From contig JAQFVV010000001.1 in assembly GCA_028023455.1 (NCBI GenBank), positions 2,356,001-2,420,000 on the forward strand: a DNA stretch of 64,000 nt. The letters run 5' to 3'. Position 1 is the stretch's first letter. Each line of letters starts with the position of its first letter. Both the position numbers and the translations under genes were made by a program. Source of the DNA: Epiperipatus broadwayi. Taxonomy: Eukaryota; Animalia; Onychophora. Under the pieces are notes generated by a model that saw only the letters and a program-made list of their open reading frames with translations, was not told where the DNA came from and searched no databases. This document shows, in pieces, positions 25,660-39,583 of the stretch.

Positions 25660-27340
25660 TTTAGTTTATGGATGACTCAAGAAATATTGGATTTAATTTA
25701 AAAAGAAAGGAATAAAATTAGATATATAGTTTGTGATCAGTATAAAATAGTTAAAAATTTGATAACGAATTGCTGAATTGAGAAACCAAAATGGATGAAT
25801 ATGATAAGTGAAGAAATGGAAAACAATATAAATGTTGGAAAGCTTAAACAAGTATATGAAAAAGTTCAAATGTTGAATTATAAAAGAGAACATTAAATAA
25901 TGTTGTTAAGAATAAAAAAAAGGACACTTTGGAAAACAAAAAAGTGTATAACCATTGGAAAGATTATTTTGAAGATTTGTATAAAGAAAAAATAATAAAT
26001 ATAAATATGAGATATTGTATAGAAGATAAAAATATGGCTGATGAGAATGAGAAAGGATATATAATAGCAAAAAAAGAATTTGATTATGCAATTACTAAGA
26101 TAAAAAGTAATAAGGAATCTGCTGTAGATGACATTTTGTTGAACTTTTAAAAAATTATAATATTAAAAATAAATGATTTGATATAATAACATAGTATTAC
26201 GAGAAAGGTATAACACCATTTGATTTTATGACTACAAAAACTATTATAGAATAATAGCTCTATTATCTCATGTCTGAAGATTTTACTCATAATAATTAAA
26301 AATAGAATGCAAAAGAAAATAGATGAGAATTTGGATGAAGCTCAATATGATTTTACATCTGAGAAAGGATCTAGTGAAGCAATAATGTTAATAAGAATGA
26401 TTTTGCAAAGTTCGAAAATGAGTAGGAAATATGTAGCTTTTATTAACATGATAAAAACTTTTGATGAAGTGAATTGAAAGCTGTTGTTTAAAATAATGAA
26501 GAATATAGACCTTGATAGGAAAGATAAATAGTTAATTTTAAATTTATGTAAATCTCAGAATTCAGAAATATTTATAAATAGTTGTAAAAATAATGCTAAT
26601 ATAAGAAGAAAATATAATAAGAATGATAAAAAAGAATACTAAAAGGACTCAGAAAAAGAAATGAATAAAATGCTTCAGATATTGAATATGTTTATAGAAT
26701 CTTTTAATTAATGTTAATAAGATTAGGGTGGTGATGGTAAAAGATTGATTGATATGCGGATAAATATCATGCATACTTAGAATATGTTGAAGAATTTTGT
26801 TATCTTGGCAGTAGGATTTGTGATAACAATAATCATCTTGTTGATATTAAAAGAATAATAATGTTAATGAAACATGCTTTTCAAAATAAGAAAACTTCTA
26901 ACAAATAAAAATATTGATATAAAAAAAGAATGAAATTTATTAAAACCATTTGTATTATATTGGCTTATTGCTATGAGAAATGTTTCTTAGGAAAATAAGA
27001 AAGAAAAATATTGGATGGAATAGAAATGTGGCAATGAAAAAGAAGACTAGTGATCAAATATTATTAAAACTTGGAATAAAAAGAGAACTATTGAATGTGA
27101 TAAAAATGAGAAAGATTAAAGTTTTTGAGCCATATTTTAAGGTATGATAGTTTTATAAAAATATTTTCGAAGGCAAAATTTTAGAAACAAAACTGAAAGG
27201 CAAACCAACAATATCATATAATAAAAATGTGATCAGTAAAATTGAATATTTTTTAAATGCACATATGAAATGAATTGTTGAAGATAGAATGATGTGGCTG
27301 CAATGGCAAGGCATTGCTTTTAAAAGCTGTTGATGATGAT
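25660..27340 (+). mobile_element. 5'-truncated, degenerate RTE-clade LINE (RT domain) with (GAT)n tail
   Basis: WMTQEILDLI, HWKDYFEDLY, KEFDYAITKIKSNK.SAVDDI, YRIIALLSH, IDENLDEAQY, AFINMIKTFDEV, EGKI...GKP; ends TGTTGATGATGAT. Confidence 0.8.
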
Positions 27341-27344
27341 ATAA

Positions 27345-27490
27345 AATGCGACAAAGGCCTTGAACATTCCATCATCATTTTTTTAATGAAATGAACAGTT
27401 AAATAGTTGGAAGGATGAGAAGATTGAAGCCTATTTAAAGTTTGAGGAATTGCTATCTTAATATAAACTAAGCACTGATTATATATATAT
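27345..27490 (+). mobile_element. HHR-monomer fragment lacking the ribozyme
   Basis: GGCCTTGAACATTCCATCATCA...GATTGAAGCC...GCTATCTTAATATAAACTAAGCACTGATTATA matches the monomer. Confidence 0.65.
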
Positions 27491-27517
27491 ATATATATAT
27501 CAGTATATGCTTATAAT

Positions 27518-27553
<36 letters not shown>

Positions 27554-27587
27554 ATTACAAGCATAAAGCTAAACTAGTCAATATAAA

Positions 27588-27868
27588 ATCAAAACTACCC
27601 CAAATCCAAAATTAAACCAGACCAAAGAGTCTTTATTATTGAAAATTTATTATTCTGAAGCAATTAACTTATTTAAGAGTTCTTTTAATATTAAGGGTGG
27701 ATGGGAAATGAATGGATTTATGGGTAGTTTTTAATATTATATATATTGTGTAGTTTTTGTAGTTCTTTACACTTGAGAAGTCTGCTTGTATCAGTGAAAC
27801 CTTAGGTTGTGTTTTAATATTATTTTTATGCTGGTCTGGTTTAATTTTGGATTTGGGGTAGTTTTGAT
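27588..27868. repeat. 281-bp segment bounded by a perfect 37-bp inverted repeat (MITE-like or inverted retroelement fragment)
   Basis: 27588-27624 ATCAAAACTACCCCAAATCCAAAATTAAACCAGACCA is the exact reverse complement of 27832-27868. Confidence 0.8.
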
Positions 27869-28181
27869 ATATATATATATATAAATGGGAGATTATAATC
27901 TGCCCACTCTGCATGAAATTTGTATATTGGGGAACATGTATATTTTTCATGTGTATGTATGGTAATGTGTATCATTGTTTGAGATAGAGTGGAGATATCA
28001 GACTGAAAAATCCTGAGTTCAAATCTCTCTATTTACATCTAATACTTGAATACAAATATAATGTATATATTTAAACCTTAGATCTAATTAGAGATTTGAA
28101 TATAGACTTTCAGGCTCTCTTTAATTGTTCACCCCATCTTATATAATTGATAGACACAACCATTTAGTGTGAAAAAGATAA

Positions 28182-28240
28182 ATGTTTTTCACTATATGTA
28201 TTTTGTGCTGAACCAGCACTCATCAGTTGGTCCAGATAAT
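28182..28240 (-). ncRNA. Decayed type I hammerhead (retrozyme family), G12->A
   Basis: Minus: ...GGACCAA-CTGATGA-GTGCTG-GTT-CAGCAC-AAAA-TACATA-TA; perfect stem II. Confidence 0.6.
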
Positions 28241-28404
28241 CATTTTCCAAACACGTATAATTAGTGCTCAGTTTATATTAAGATAACAAATGTTCAAACT
28301 ATAACGGGTAAGCTTCAATCCTCTTTATTCTCCAATTCTTCAGTTATCCATATCATTGAAAATTAGAAATGCTCAAAGCCTTGATTATATGTGTGTAGAG
28401 TGAG

Positions 28405-28463
28405 ATGATATGCACCAACTGATGAATACTGTTTCAGTATGAAAAACGTGTATTGGAGATCAT
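28405..28463 (+). ncRNA. Type I hammerhead (retrozyme family) with intact core
   Basis: CCAA-CTGATGA-ATACTG-TTT-CAGTAT-GAAA-AACGTG-TA-TTGG-AGATCAT; stem II fully paired through two compensatory changes; ACGT palindrome retained. Confidence 0.7.
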
Positions 28464-28987
28464 TTATCTTTTTCACATGTATGTGGTTGTGTATATTAGC
28501 TATATAAGATGAATGACTTGAAGGGATCTTGGAAGTCTGTGTTTAGATCCCCTCTAATTACATATAATACTTAGATTACATATAATATTTAGATTACATA
28601 TAATATTTATTGTAAATAATTTTAAAATCAAAATTGGAACATTATATTATAAAAAAAAAAATTTTTTTTAGTAACAATGTCATATACTGCTAAGCTTTTA
28701 TTATTATACAAATAATATAACTGTTGCAAATTAATATTCATTTAGACAATATTGTTAACTAATCATGCTTTTTTACCATATGGATGAAGATCAGATACTT
28801 TTAAAATTTCATAACATATGAGTTCATATTGTAAAACACACAATAATTTATTCAAATATATATTTAATTATCATTTCAGTGAAGTTGACCACATATAAAA
28901 AATTGAAAGCATGTTTTAGTATATTTATCAAATGGAAAATAAATAATGTAAATAAGTTTTCCTTTCATATTTTGATAATTCTGGTAA

Positions 28988-29620
<633 letters not shown>

Positions 29621-30439
29621 GTTTGCATAGACAAGTTAATTTTGAATACACTAATATAAGAAGATTAAAGTAAATAAATCATTTAGAATAAAAAATTTGT
29701 ATTTAAAAAAATTATGGTAAATCTTTTTTTAAATAAATAATCAAGCATACAAGACAAAAATAATGAAGATATTATTTCAATAACTTTTCAAGAGTAAATG
29801 ACAAATTTTGGGGATAGATGTTAATTACATATATATATTCACACATGATCATGACTAAAATAAGTCCAGCTATTAATGCAATATATTACCAAACTATTTA
29901 TTAGATAGCATCTTTTTAATACATTAAATATTTTATTTAGAGCTATTGATATTAAGAATTGCATACATCAGTCACTAATCAAATCTATTGTAAAGTTGCT
30001 TTTATTTCGATGAAGTAATTAAGTTTGATACTAATAGTAATACACTATTTCATATTTGCTTCTCCTATCTCATTTTCTATTATTATCTACAATTATTTTA
30101 AATAGGTAGTGGTCTTTTTTTTTTCGAAATGGTCAAATGTAAACCTAACATAAAATATAGCCTGTATATTTTCTGTTTGAACGCTGCTTGAAATAATCAG
30201 AATTTCATCTTAAACTTTAACAATGAGTCATTTACATTTGACAAAAAAAAAAAAAAAATTTTTTTTTTACCAAGAGAATGATTTGTTTTTGTTCTAACTC
30301 CAAACAGCAGAAATTGTGTGAATCTGATTTACAATCATTGTTACTGATTTTATTCAGTGCCTACACTTTAGTTTGAAAAGAGAATAAAAACCATTATATA
30401 TAAGTTGAGGAAGTCATGCTTACTATTATTGCCTTCTGT

Positions 30440-33400
30440 TTTAATGATTGAGGATATATATATATAGTCTTTCTCAGTGAGTCAAAGTTACACAAAAACT
30501 CCGATCACAGAATTAATAATATCTTGGGTCAGTTTAAAGTCCTATAATACCTCACAGCTGACACAGCTCATTAGGAGTACCCATGTTAATTAGAAAAAAA
30601 CTCAAATTATACAATACTAGGACTTTATACATGAATCATGATCTATTGATAGTGGAAATAACCATTGCAAATTATACCTTAATTTTAATGTATGTATATC
30701 TCAATAAAGGTGCCATCATGGCTTCATCTCTGGTAAACAGAATTAACTCCATTGTAGCTTCAGCAGTGTCATCAATTATCTTATTTGAATATTTCAACAT
30801 GGTTTATTGCAAATTCACTCTTGAATGCCTGCATCTCATCAAGCGAGGGCTGTTTTCCAGAGGATTCATACTCATTATACATTTGACAGCATCAGACCCT
30901 CATAGATGTATTATTCTATAGTTCTGAATTATACCATGTGTTACATGCCACATTTCAAATAGTGCTATTTGCTGATCACCTTGCCATGTTGATATCTCTA
31001 AATTTAAACTAAGTGCTGCTGACCCCTCTGCACCAATCCAAGACCATCAGGATGCTAAACAAAGGTCAACACCCCTGAGTGGATTTTCTCAGAGGCATAC
31101 ATACTGTTCCATAACATATGGCATCTGATGTTACCACCACTCCAGGCCTGGTCAACCTTCATTGACATCCTAGGCAGGCTAATTAACACCCTTACCTCTC
31201 ACATCAAAGGTCCTATCAGGCTCCTCAGGGAGTTGGACTCATTGGGCAGAGAGATAACAAAACCCTCAACAATGGGAACAAGTGTTGGGAAGATTCTAAG
31301 CCTCAAAATTCAATACAGAGAAAGACAGAGAGTACTAGGCCAATACATTGCAATCAAGAGAGCCAAGACACACCTGTTTGTGCAGAACAACTGGACACAA
31401 AGTTATCTAAGATGGGTGATTGGTGCCAAGAAAATACTTATGCCTTCTATGATCATGATAGGTAACCACAATTTCATAGGAAATGCAATGTTAAGTAAAA
31501 TTCATAGTCATTTCAAGGCCCAAGTTGCAGAGCAAGCCATATAGTATTGGAGATATCTTGTAGGAGGAGGAGATGAATGACCATGGTATCCCACTATATC
31601 ATATCACTCAGCAGCTGCTGGCATATCCTGAAAACACCCACCTGAACCTACATGGGATACCAAGATTCATCCTTATCCACCTGTGTAGGTTCACAGCATC
31701 TATGATACTAGGAGTGATCAGTGTGTTGGCAGGAGAATTTCAACTCATCTCTGATCTTTACCTGATTGCTCTGGTACCATTCCTAAAAAAGCAAACAAAT
31801 CCTTCTGGTTTTTATAAAATTGCAGACAATATCAATGACACCTCTACTGCTAAAAATGGTAGAATCAGTAATTAAAGATAGGATACAGCAGCAGCTGCTA
31901 ATAAAGATCTCTATGAACTAATTTGCCTGTAAGGGCCACTCTACAAGGGATGCAGTCAAGAAGTTCATGATATTGGCAGAATATGTCAGGGGGAAGAGGA
32001 AATCTCAACCCATTGTTGTCCAGTTGGATTTTGCAATGGCCTTTGACTCTGTGGTACCTGGCCAGCTATTTACTGTACTCAGGCCCTATGGTATCATTTT
32101 GACATTTGTCAAGATTATTGCCAACCTGCTGCTTAATAGAACAACTCATGTAACTCTGGATGGCTCTCTTGCCTCAGGGTTTTAGCGATACATATCCATA
32201 TCCCCAAGGTTGCCACTTATTACCCTGTGTTTCATCATATATATTGATCCCCTCTTAAAGGAAATAGAAGACAGATTGCCTGGCATATACATTCTGGCAC
32301 TTAGGGAGGTGATACATCATATCTCATATGTAGACGGTGTAACCATCATCCTTCAATCTGCAAAATTCCTTCACCAGCTTTATCAACTCCTAGATGAATA
32401 TGCTGCCAAGTATCATCTAAAAGTTAATCCTACAAAAACTGCACTATGGCAGATCAACAAAGGAAAAAACCTAACACCCAAACTCACTGGGATGCCCCAA
32501 AATCTACTAGGTTTTCTGGTGGCACTGTCAAAATCCACAATGAGACTACAGACATAAAATATGCTAATAGAGAAGACTAAAAAAAGTTATTTGCAGCTTT
32601 TCCTTGCTCTCCCTGTCACTCTCATGCAAGGTGATACTGCTTAATATGTTGGTCTTCCCATGGATTGCATACTACCTTCCAGTAATCAAACCAACCAAGA
32701 CCTTTCAGAACAGCATTAACACAGCATGTACCCAGATGCTATGGAAAAAACACCAAACAAAATAGTCTGCATTTGTCTTTGGAAAATGCAGAAACCTAAG
32801 AATTTAAATGGTCTTGGGTTGCACATGATCCAGATACCATACATACAAAGGGTGATGTCAAAAGAGACAAACACGGAACTTCAAATTGCTAGTACAGTAG
32901 AACCTATTGACACCCCACTGCCTATAGAAATAAAATGGATAGAGGAAATAGAGGTCTACATGGCATGGCTCATACATACCCTGGTCAGCTATTTAGCAAC
33001 AAAAAACCTATTGAGACATGTTTAAGTACATGTATCCCAGTCAGCAAAAAACCCCAAGAAGACTAGACATATCCATAAAGTCACTGCTGAAGAAAGCTAG
33101 ATCTTGGCCCATGGAGCCCAAATTAATGAATTTCATTATAAAATAACCAACTCAATGCGCTTCCCACAAGACAATTTATGGTGGACTGCAGAGGGTTTAA
33201 AAACATTGCTCCAACATGTGCCCTCTGTGGTGAAGATGAAGAGACAATGAACCACACTTATCTCACTGCAAGAAATTCGTAGATCTTGAAGTAAGACTGC
33301 ATTCTATTGTCTGGTCAGGATGTGCCTCTATTCCGAATATATGCAAAGCAATGAGGAGTGGCACTTTCATCACAATCTGGATGGCCATCGCAATACTATT

Positions 33401-33990
33401 TGCAAAATGGCTTACCAGGTGCCACTTCATATTCCAGTCCAACATAAAGTCCATGGGAGGTTTTCAAGGAACTCATGTCTAAGTTAAGAACTTGAGATTA
33501 CATAATGGCCTGGCTAAACTAATCTCTGATACCTGGGAGCAGATGGCTCAAGACCAGATACCAAATATTACTACTAAAATTCTGTCCAAGCTATAGAAAT
33601 GGTTGGTAAAGCTATATTGTGCTGCAGTAAATGGAAAACTGCTAATGGTGGCCTAAATGCACCATTGAGGTTGACAAAGTTGCAGGGGTTAATGGGTCCC
33701 TAAATTTGCAGATTCATGTCTGCAAGGGATGAAAATGCCCTGCAAGGCAAAGAGTGACGTGATACATCTGACAAACATTGGTTTTAATTGTGTAATAGCC
33801 AGGGTGCCATAAATAATTGGGGATCTCATGAAATCTAGTTAACTACACAGGGATAAACTGGCACAGACAAAATCACAGGACTGAATATGACCAGGTCCCT
33901 TGTGTGGGCAAAGCATGCAGTGGGATACCTATGAATCCTTGATTTCAAGCAATTTATATACCATAATTTATGTAGTTTTCAAAATTATTT
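30440..33990 (+). mobile_element. Degenerate L1/Tx1-clade LINE ORF2 (endonuclease, RT, C-terminal zinc knuckle, 3' UTR)
   Basis: LLIVEITIANYTLILMYVY (EN); QLDFAMAFDSV; IYIDPLL; ISYVDGVTIIL (decayed YADD); KVNPTKT; KPKNLNGLGL; CALCGEDEETMNHL. Many stops and frameshifts. Confidence 0.85.
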
Positions 33991-34092
33991 TTTAATAATA
34001 AAAAACAACTGTTCACTTTACTCCATTGATATCATCTATTGCAAACTTGACTTATCAGTTGTTATTAGATAGTAATTCTTATTAATTTTGTA

Positions 34093-34140
34093 CCCTATGC
34101 TGATAAAGGCTACAATCCAGAAACTAGTTTGAAATATAGA
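34093..34140 (+). ncRNA. Decayed hammerhead-like motif related to the 1978-2044 type
   Basis: CTGATAA-AGGCTACAATCCA-GAAA-CTAG-TT; shares the ACAA loop and GAAACTAGT with the 2-kb copy, but G8->A and stem I is unpaired. Confidence 0.35.
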
Positions 34141-34187
34141 TAAGAAAATACTGGATGTAGATTTAATAAATATTATTATCTATTTGC

Positions 34188-34492
34188 TGTGATATGTTGG
34201 ACTATCCCATCATCTATCAGTAAATAGAAAATTTTAAACTTTATTTAAACTTTTCAAATACAAACAACTTATTTGTAATAACACACAAATAGACAACACA
34301 GGTTAGTAACATAATATTTCAAGTAGTATTATTCTCCACTCTACTTCAAGTGTTTCTGTCCAGTATTATCTATGTGTGTGTTATTACTAACAAGTTGTTT
34401 GTATTTGAAAAGTTTAAATAAAGTTTAAAATTTTTTTATACATTCAACATTTACTGATAGATGATGTGTGAATAGTCCAACATATTATCACA
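34188..34492. repeat. Foldback: ~105-120 bp imperfect inverted arms with ~77 bp spacer
   Basis: 34188-34292 matches the reverse complement of 34370-34492 (e.g. AAACTTTATTTAAACTTTTCAAATACAAACAACTT). Confidence 0.85.
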
Positions 34493-35450
34493 TCTAATAT
34501 ACCATCATCACAAATCTTCAGGCAAATGATTATCTATTGATTCATTAATCTTATAGTAGCAGCAATGGAGTAGAATGAACTCCTGATAAGTGCATATATA
34601 CTGTGATTATGTAAAGTTCTTTTGGTTTTATACATGAGTATTATTTCTGCATATCAGTTGACAGAGTTTTATTTGAATTGAATTTTTTTATCTACATCAC
34701 TATATAGGGCTAAATGTACTTTGTCTTGTCTTAATGAAAAACGTTCATTAAAATTTATGTTGCTACTCAAAATGTTGCAATGCAAAATGTAACAAGTTAA
34801 AAAGAATGGTGGATTGCCACAAATGATGATCAGATGTTGTTGCTGTATCATAATACAAGACCATTTATCTTCAAAATCAACATATATTCACATATTAAAT
34901 AAAAATCAGTTTCTGGTATGGATAATCCTATTTTTATATTTTTTAAGGTTGTGATTGCTGCTCATCTTAATTGTACATAGAAACTTGTTAAAACCTAACC
35001 TTTTTTTTATTTTTATTAAGAAATAATGAAAAGCATCAATCATAGTTCTGTCAAAATTCAATCTTATTAATGTTTGTTTATTTCCATTACTAAAACAAAT
35101 GTGATCTAATTTCAATAGGGCAATATATTTTAAGGTATTAACTGGCTGGTTTGGAATTTTGAAGTTTATTATAATTTTTCGATAAAAATTAAGTTTATTA
35201 TAATTGTTACTTTTTAATATATTTGACACAAAATGTGTTATTTAGAGTTTTAATATTTAATATATAAAAAATTCTCGCTTTGTTTTACATTTTAATGAAC
35301 ATAAGGGTAATTCACTCACGACAGTTTATGATTTTGCTCTAAACATTGAGATATATAGAATGAAATATTTAAAGATGTGGCTACCAATGGTAAGCTATCA
35401 GGGTAATTAAAAATTATTATTTGATCATCGTGACAATCTATTCTCTTGAT

Positions 35451-38308
35451 TAGTGGTGTCGAACCTTTTTACATATGCGTGCCGAAAATTTCCAAAAAAT
35501 ATTTATTGAATGATTGGCGTGCCGTACAGTTATTAAATCAAAATATAAACAACTTAATTATTAGGTTTTTACAAGTTTATAAAACGAAATAATAATAATA
35601 ATAATAACAACAATAATTAAACAAAATTTTTAAATAAGCTAAATACAAGTGAACGATATGTATTTAGGAAAGCACAAGTTGAATAAAATGTAATATTAAA
35701 AAGTGTATAGTAATTAAAACAAAATTTTGGAAATAAACATATAAAATCAACATAAATAGATATTATTTAATGAGATTTTTGCTGTTATACGTTGGATGTC
35801 AAATGTTTTATATCTGGTTCATAATTTGCCACTTTTAATAATGTACTTGCTGAATTAGATTCATCTGTCATTCTATTTCTTGAACTGTCTTTAATTAAAT
35901 TCATTTCTGACAACAATGATTCATATGCATATGTAGAGACGAAACTTGATAATATAGCAGTCATTGATTTTTTTAAACAATTAAATGTTTTAGGAATAAC
36001 ATTCCAGGTAGTCAATAGTTCCTCTTCAGCATTCTTTTCACATATGCCCAATAATCATCATTTTCCATTGTTTCTAACTCATTCCTCAAATCAATAAATT
36101 TCTGTTTTCATATAGAACTAGATTGAAAATCCACTGATTGCATTTCCATATCTTCCAACTTAAGTCATTCAAAAATTTCTAACTTGAAACTATCCATTGA
36201 TATTATGTCTGGGTATAAAATAAATTTTGATGTTTCTGAAAATTGTCTGAACTGTGTAAATTTTAAAGAAAATTCATCAATTATTGATTGAATAACAGCA
36301 CAAAACTCTTGGGTCACTTTTAATCTGGCTTCTCATGAGATTCTAAATCAGTCAAGAACTTTTTTATTTTTAAAAAATATTTGAGGCTGGAATAAATAAA
36401 TCATGGTTGAAAATTTGTACTTTAACTTCAAATGCTTTGTTCAAATAAACATGACAACAATTGTCTTATTATAACTTTGCAGTTTCACATTTAATTCATT
36501 TAGATGTGAACACATTTCAATTAAAATCATTAATTTCAAAAGCCATTCAACATCCATTAATTCATTATATTTTTCAATGATTTTCTCATTACATGAAAAC
36601 AGTCTAATTTTATCTAAACACTCAACAAATCTTTGACGAACTTTTCCTTGGCTTAATCATTGGACATTCTTGTACATAAGTAAAGCATCATATACTGAGT
36701 TCACCTCACTCAAAGTTAAAATTTTTCATTTATTTAGAGCTTGTGTAGATATAAAATTGATTAACTTAGTCACAATATACATAACATCATCCAATGACTT
36801 AAAGCTGGCCATCATGTGTATAACCTGCTGATATATAATGCAATGAAAACCCAAAATTGAATGTCCAATATGCTTGTTAATAAACTTAGAAACAATTTTC
36901 TTTTTCAGTCATACTTCAAGCAGTGTCTGTAGTTGCTGATACAATTTTGGCAACATCTATTTCTTTTACAGTGAGTACATTTGAAACTTCATTGCAAATA
37001 TCTATTCCTTTTGTTGTTGTTGCCAATGAGGTTAAACTGATCAAATTCTTCTTTGACATTATTCCCAACATAATAGCAAATAAAAATAGCCAAATAAGCT
37101 GATTCATTTATGTCTGTACTTTCATCAAGGCAGAGAGAAATTAAACTAGAATATTTTATATCTCTTTTTTGTTGGTAAATTATATTGTTAGCCATTTGCA
37201 GAATTCTTTCTTTAACTGTATTTCTAGCCAATGGTAAATCTTTTATTCTCTGAATAATTTTTGCTTTGTTTTCAAAATCTTCAAAAAGAACTGATGCACA
37301 TTTCATCCAAGCTTTTTTCATATATTCTCCTTCATTAAAAGGTTTACCATGTTTGGCAATTACATTTGAAATAAAAAAAACTAGCAGCAGTTATACTTGA
37401 ATGATTTTCAATAAATTTCATGATAGATGTTGATTGAATATTTATATTTTTAAATGCTTGGGCAATATATTCTTTTTGTTCATCTTTACTTTTTTCATAG
37501 AGCGATTTGTGATTGGTATCATAATGCTATATTATCGTTGATGTTCTCAATACAATTGTCTCAGAACATAAAACACATATTGCCTTGGTGCATTTGTTAA
37601 TCTTTTCATAATTTTGAAATTTGCTACTGCTTGTCAATTTTTGTTTTTTATTTTCACTAGTCATATTAAAATAATGGTAATAAATTTATTTAAAAGTAAA
37701 TTTAAATGAGCTTTAATAATTTTAATCAAAGATTTATTATATGTTAAAATATATTATTCTTACATTGCACTTTCACAGCAAAACTTCAAGCAAAAAAGAA
37801 AAAAAATGTTATTTGATGGCATTGATTGCACATTTCGTTCCTTTGTTCATGATTTTGAATACATTAAAAAATGAATGGTATCAACACATTTAGATCAAAA
37901 AAGATTAGGCCAGAAAACCATTTTATTACTTTTACTTTAGATTTGAGAAAAATTACTTCAAAGAGTTATAAAATATTTTACCGAGTTTATTTTCTAATTT
38001 TATTGGAATTATTTGACAAGTTTATAGAATATGATATCACAATATATTGGTACCACTTTATTTGATTTAAAATATCAGAATTTATTGCTTTTAATCAGAG
38101 TTCAATTGTAAATTGAATTCTAATATATGATATTTATTTGTTTTACTTTTAGTTTGCAGAAAATTTTTATTAGAACAGATTTTAGCAACAAAAAATATAT
38201 TGAATAATTTAAAGCATAGAAAATTATGATATGTAGATAGTTCACATGCCAATAAAAAATTCGAATTTGCTATCTCCTGTATGCATGCCTATAGGTTCAT
38301 CATCACTG
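35451..38308 (-). mobile_element. Full-length but inactivated hAT (Charlie/GTF2IRD2-like) DNA transposon
   Basis: TIRs TAGTGGTGTCGAACC / GGTTCATCATCACTG; degenerate 8-bp TSD CTCTTGAT/CTGTAGTT; minus-strand transposase motifs SLCLDESTD, SATTDTA, FHCIIYQQ, WLSQGK, FVSTYAYESLLSEM..KDSSRNRMTDE; stops and frameshifts. Confidence 0.92.
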
Positions 38309-38490
38309 CTGTAGTTTAACTGCTTTCATGAAGAAATTTTACAAGAAATAATTGATTTTTTTAAAAAAAAAAATAACAGGAATATATAAAATTGAGTATA
38401 AACTGACAAAGTTAAAATCAAAATGAATCATTCTAGTAAAAAACTGCAGTGCAGATTGAATATTAATTTAATAAATATTAATAATTAAAT

Positions 38491-38493
<3 letters not shown>

Positions 38494-38572
<79 letters not shown>
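38494..38572. repeat. (TA)n microsatellite
   Basis: Directly visible. Confidence 0.95.
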
Positions 38573-38575
<3 letters not shown>

Positions 38576-39040
38576 TTAAGCTAGATGTAATTAAAGGGTA
38601 TTTGAATCCAGACTTTCAAGCTTCCTTTAGTCATCCACTCTCCAATATAGCCAATATGGTCATGTGTATTGATTATATTGGATAGAATTAATAACTGAAA
38701 GGAGCTTGAAAATCTGAGTTCAAATCCCTTTTAATTACATGTAGCTTAAGTATATATACTATAATCATATTTAAATATTACATATTCCTCCTGTATTCAA
38801 CTCTTTCCTCTTCTGTATATATAAATGGACATATTAAGATATTACATATGAGGGGTCAGAGTGGCTTAAGATCAACATGGGTATGACAATAATATTGGCA
38901 TCTTCAAGGGCTTTGAGCATTCCATCATCAGATTTTCAATGTTACTGATGGTTGAAGAGTTGGAGAATGGAGAGGATTATAGCATGTCCATTAAAATCTG
39001 TAGATTTCTTATCTTAATATAAAACTTATTTTATATATAT

Positions 39041-39099
39041 ATGATCCAAATCAACTGATGAGTGCTGGTTCAGTACAAAATACTTATATTTGAGATCAT
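39041..39099 (+). ncRNA. Decayed type I hammerhead (retrozyme family), G12->A
   Basis: ATGATCCAAATCAA-CTGATGA-GTGCTGGTTCAGTAC-AAAA-TACTTA-TA-TTTG-AGATCAT. Confidence 0.6.
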
Positions 39100-39524
39100 T
39101 TATCTTTTTTATGTGGTCATGTGTATCGGTTATATTGGATAGAGTGAATGACTAAATGGAGCTTGAAAGTCTGGGTTCAAAGCTCTTTTAATTACATCTA
39201 GCCTAAGTATATATAATATACTTGTAATTAAATATTGCATATTTAGCCTGTATTTTGCCTATTCCACTTATGGGTGTTCAAATGGGCATATTATGGTCTT
39301 ACATATGAGTGTCAGAGTGACTTAAGATTAACATGAGTATGACAATAATATTGGCATTAACAAGAGCTTTGAGCATTCCATCATCAGATTTTTGATGTTA
39401 TGGGTAGCCAAAGAATGAAGAGGATTGAAGCCTGTCCATTAAAGTTTGTAGATTTGGTATCTTAATATATAAAACCAAGCACTGATTATATATATATACG
39501 TGTGTGTGTGTGGGTGGGGGGGAG

Positions 39525-39583
39525 ATGCTTCAGACCAACTGATGAGTGCTGGTTCCATATAAAATACATATACTGGAGATCAT
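39525..39583 (+). ncRNA. Decayed type I hammerhead (retrozyme family)
   Basis: GACCAA-CTGATGA-GTGCTGGTTCCATAT-AAAA-TACATA-TA-CTGG-AGATCAT. Confidence 0.55.

Larger units (their letters stand above)
27950..28570. mobile_element. HHR-monomer locus B (+ fragment, then - segment 28065-28380, then + segment 28381-28570)
   Basis: Two HHR copies in opposite orientation; same diagnostic blocks as the other loci. Confidence 0.8.

Noticed and set aside
26037-26056. CTGATGA-GAATGA-GAAA motif
   Set aside because: No stems; lies in RTE coding sequence; chance.
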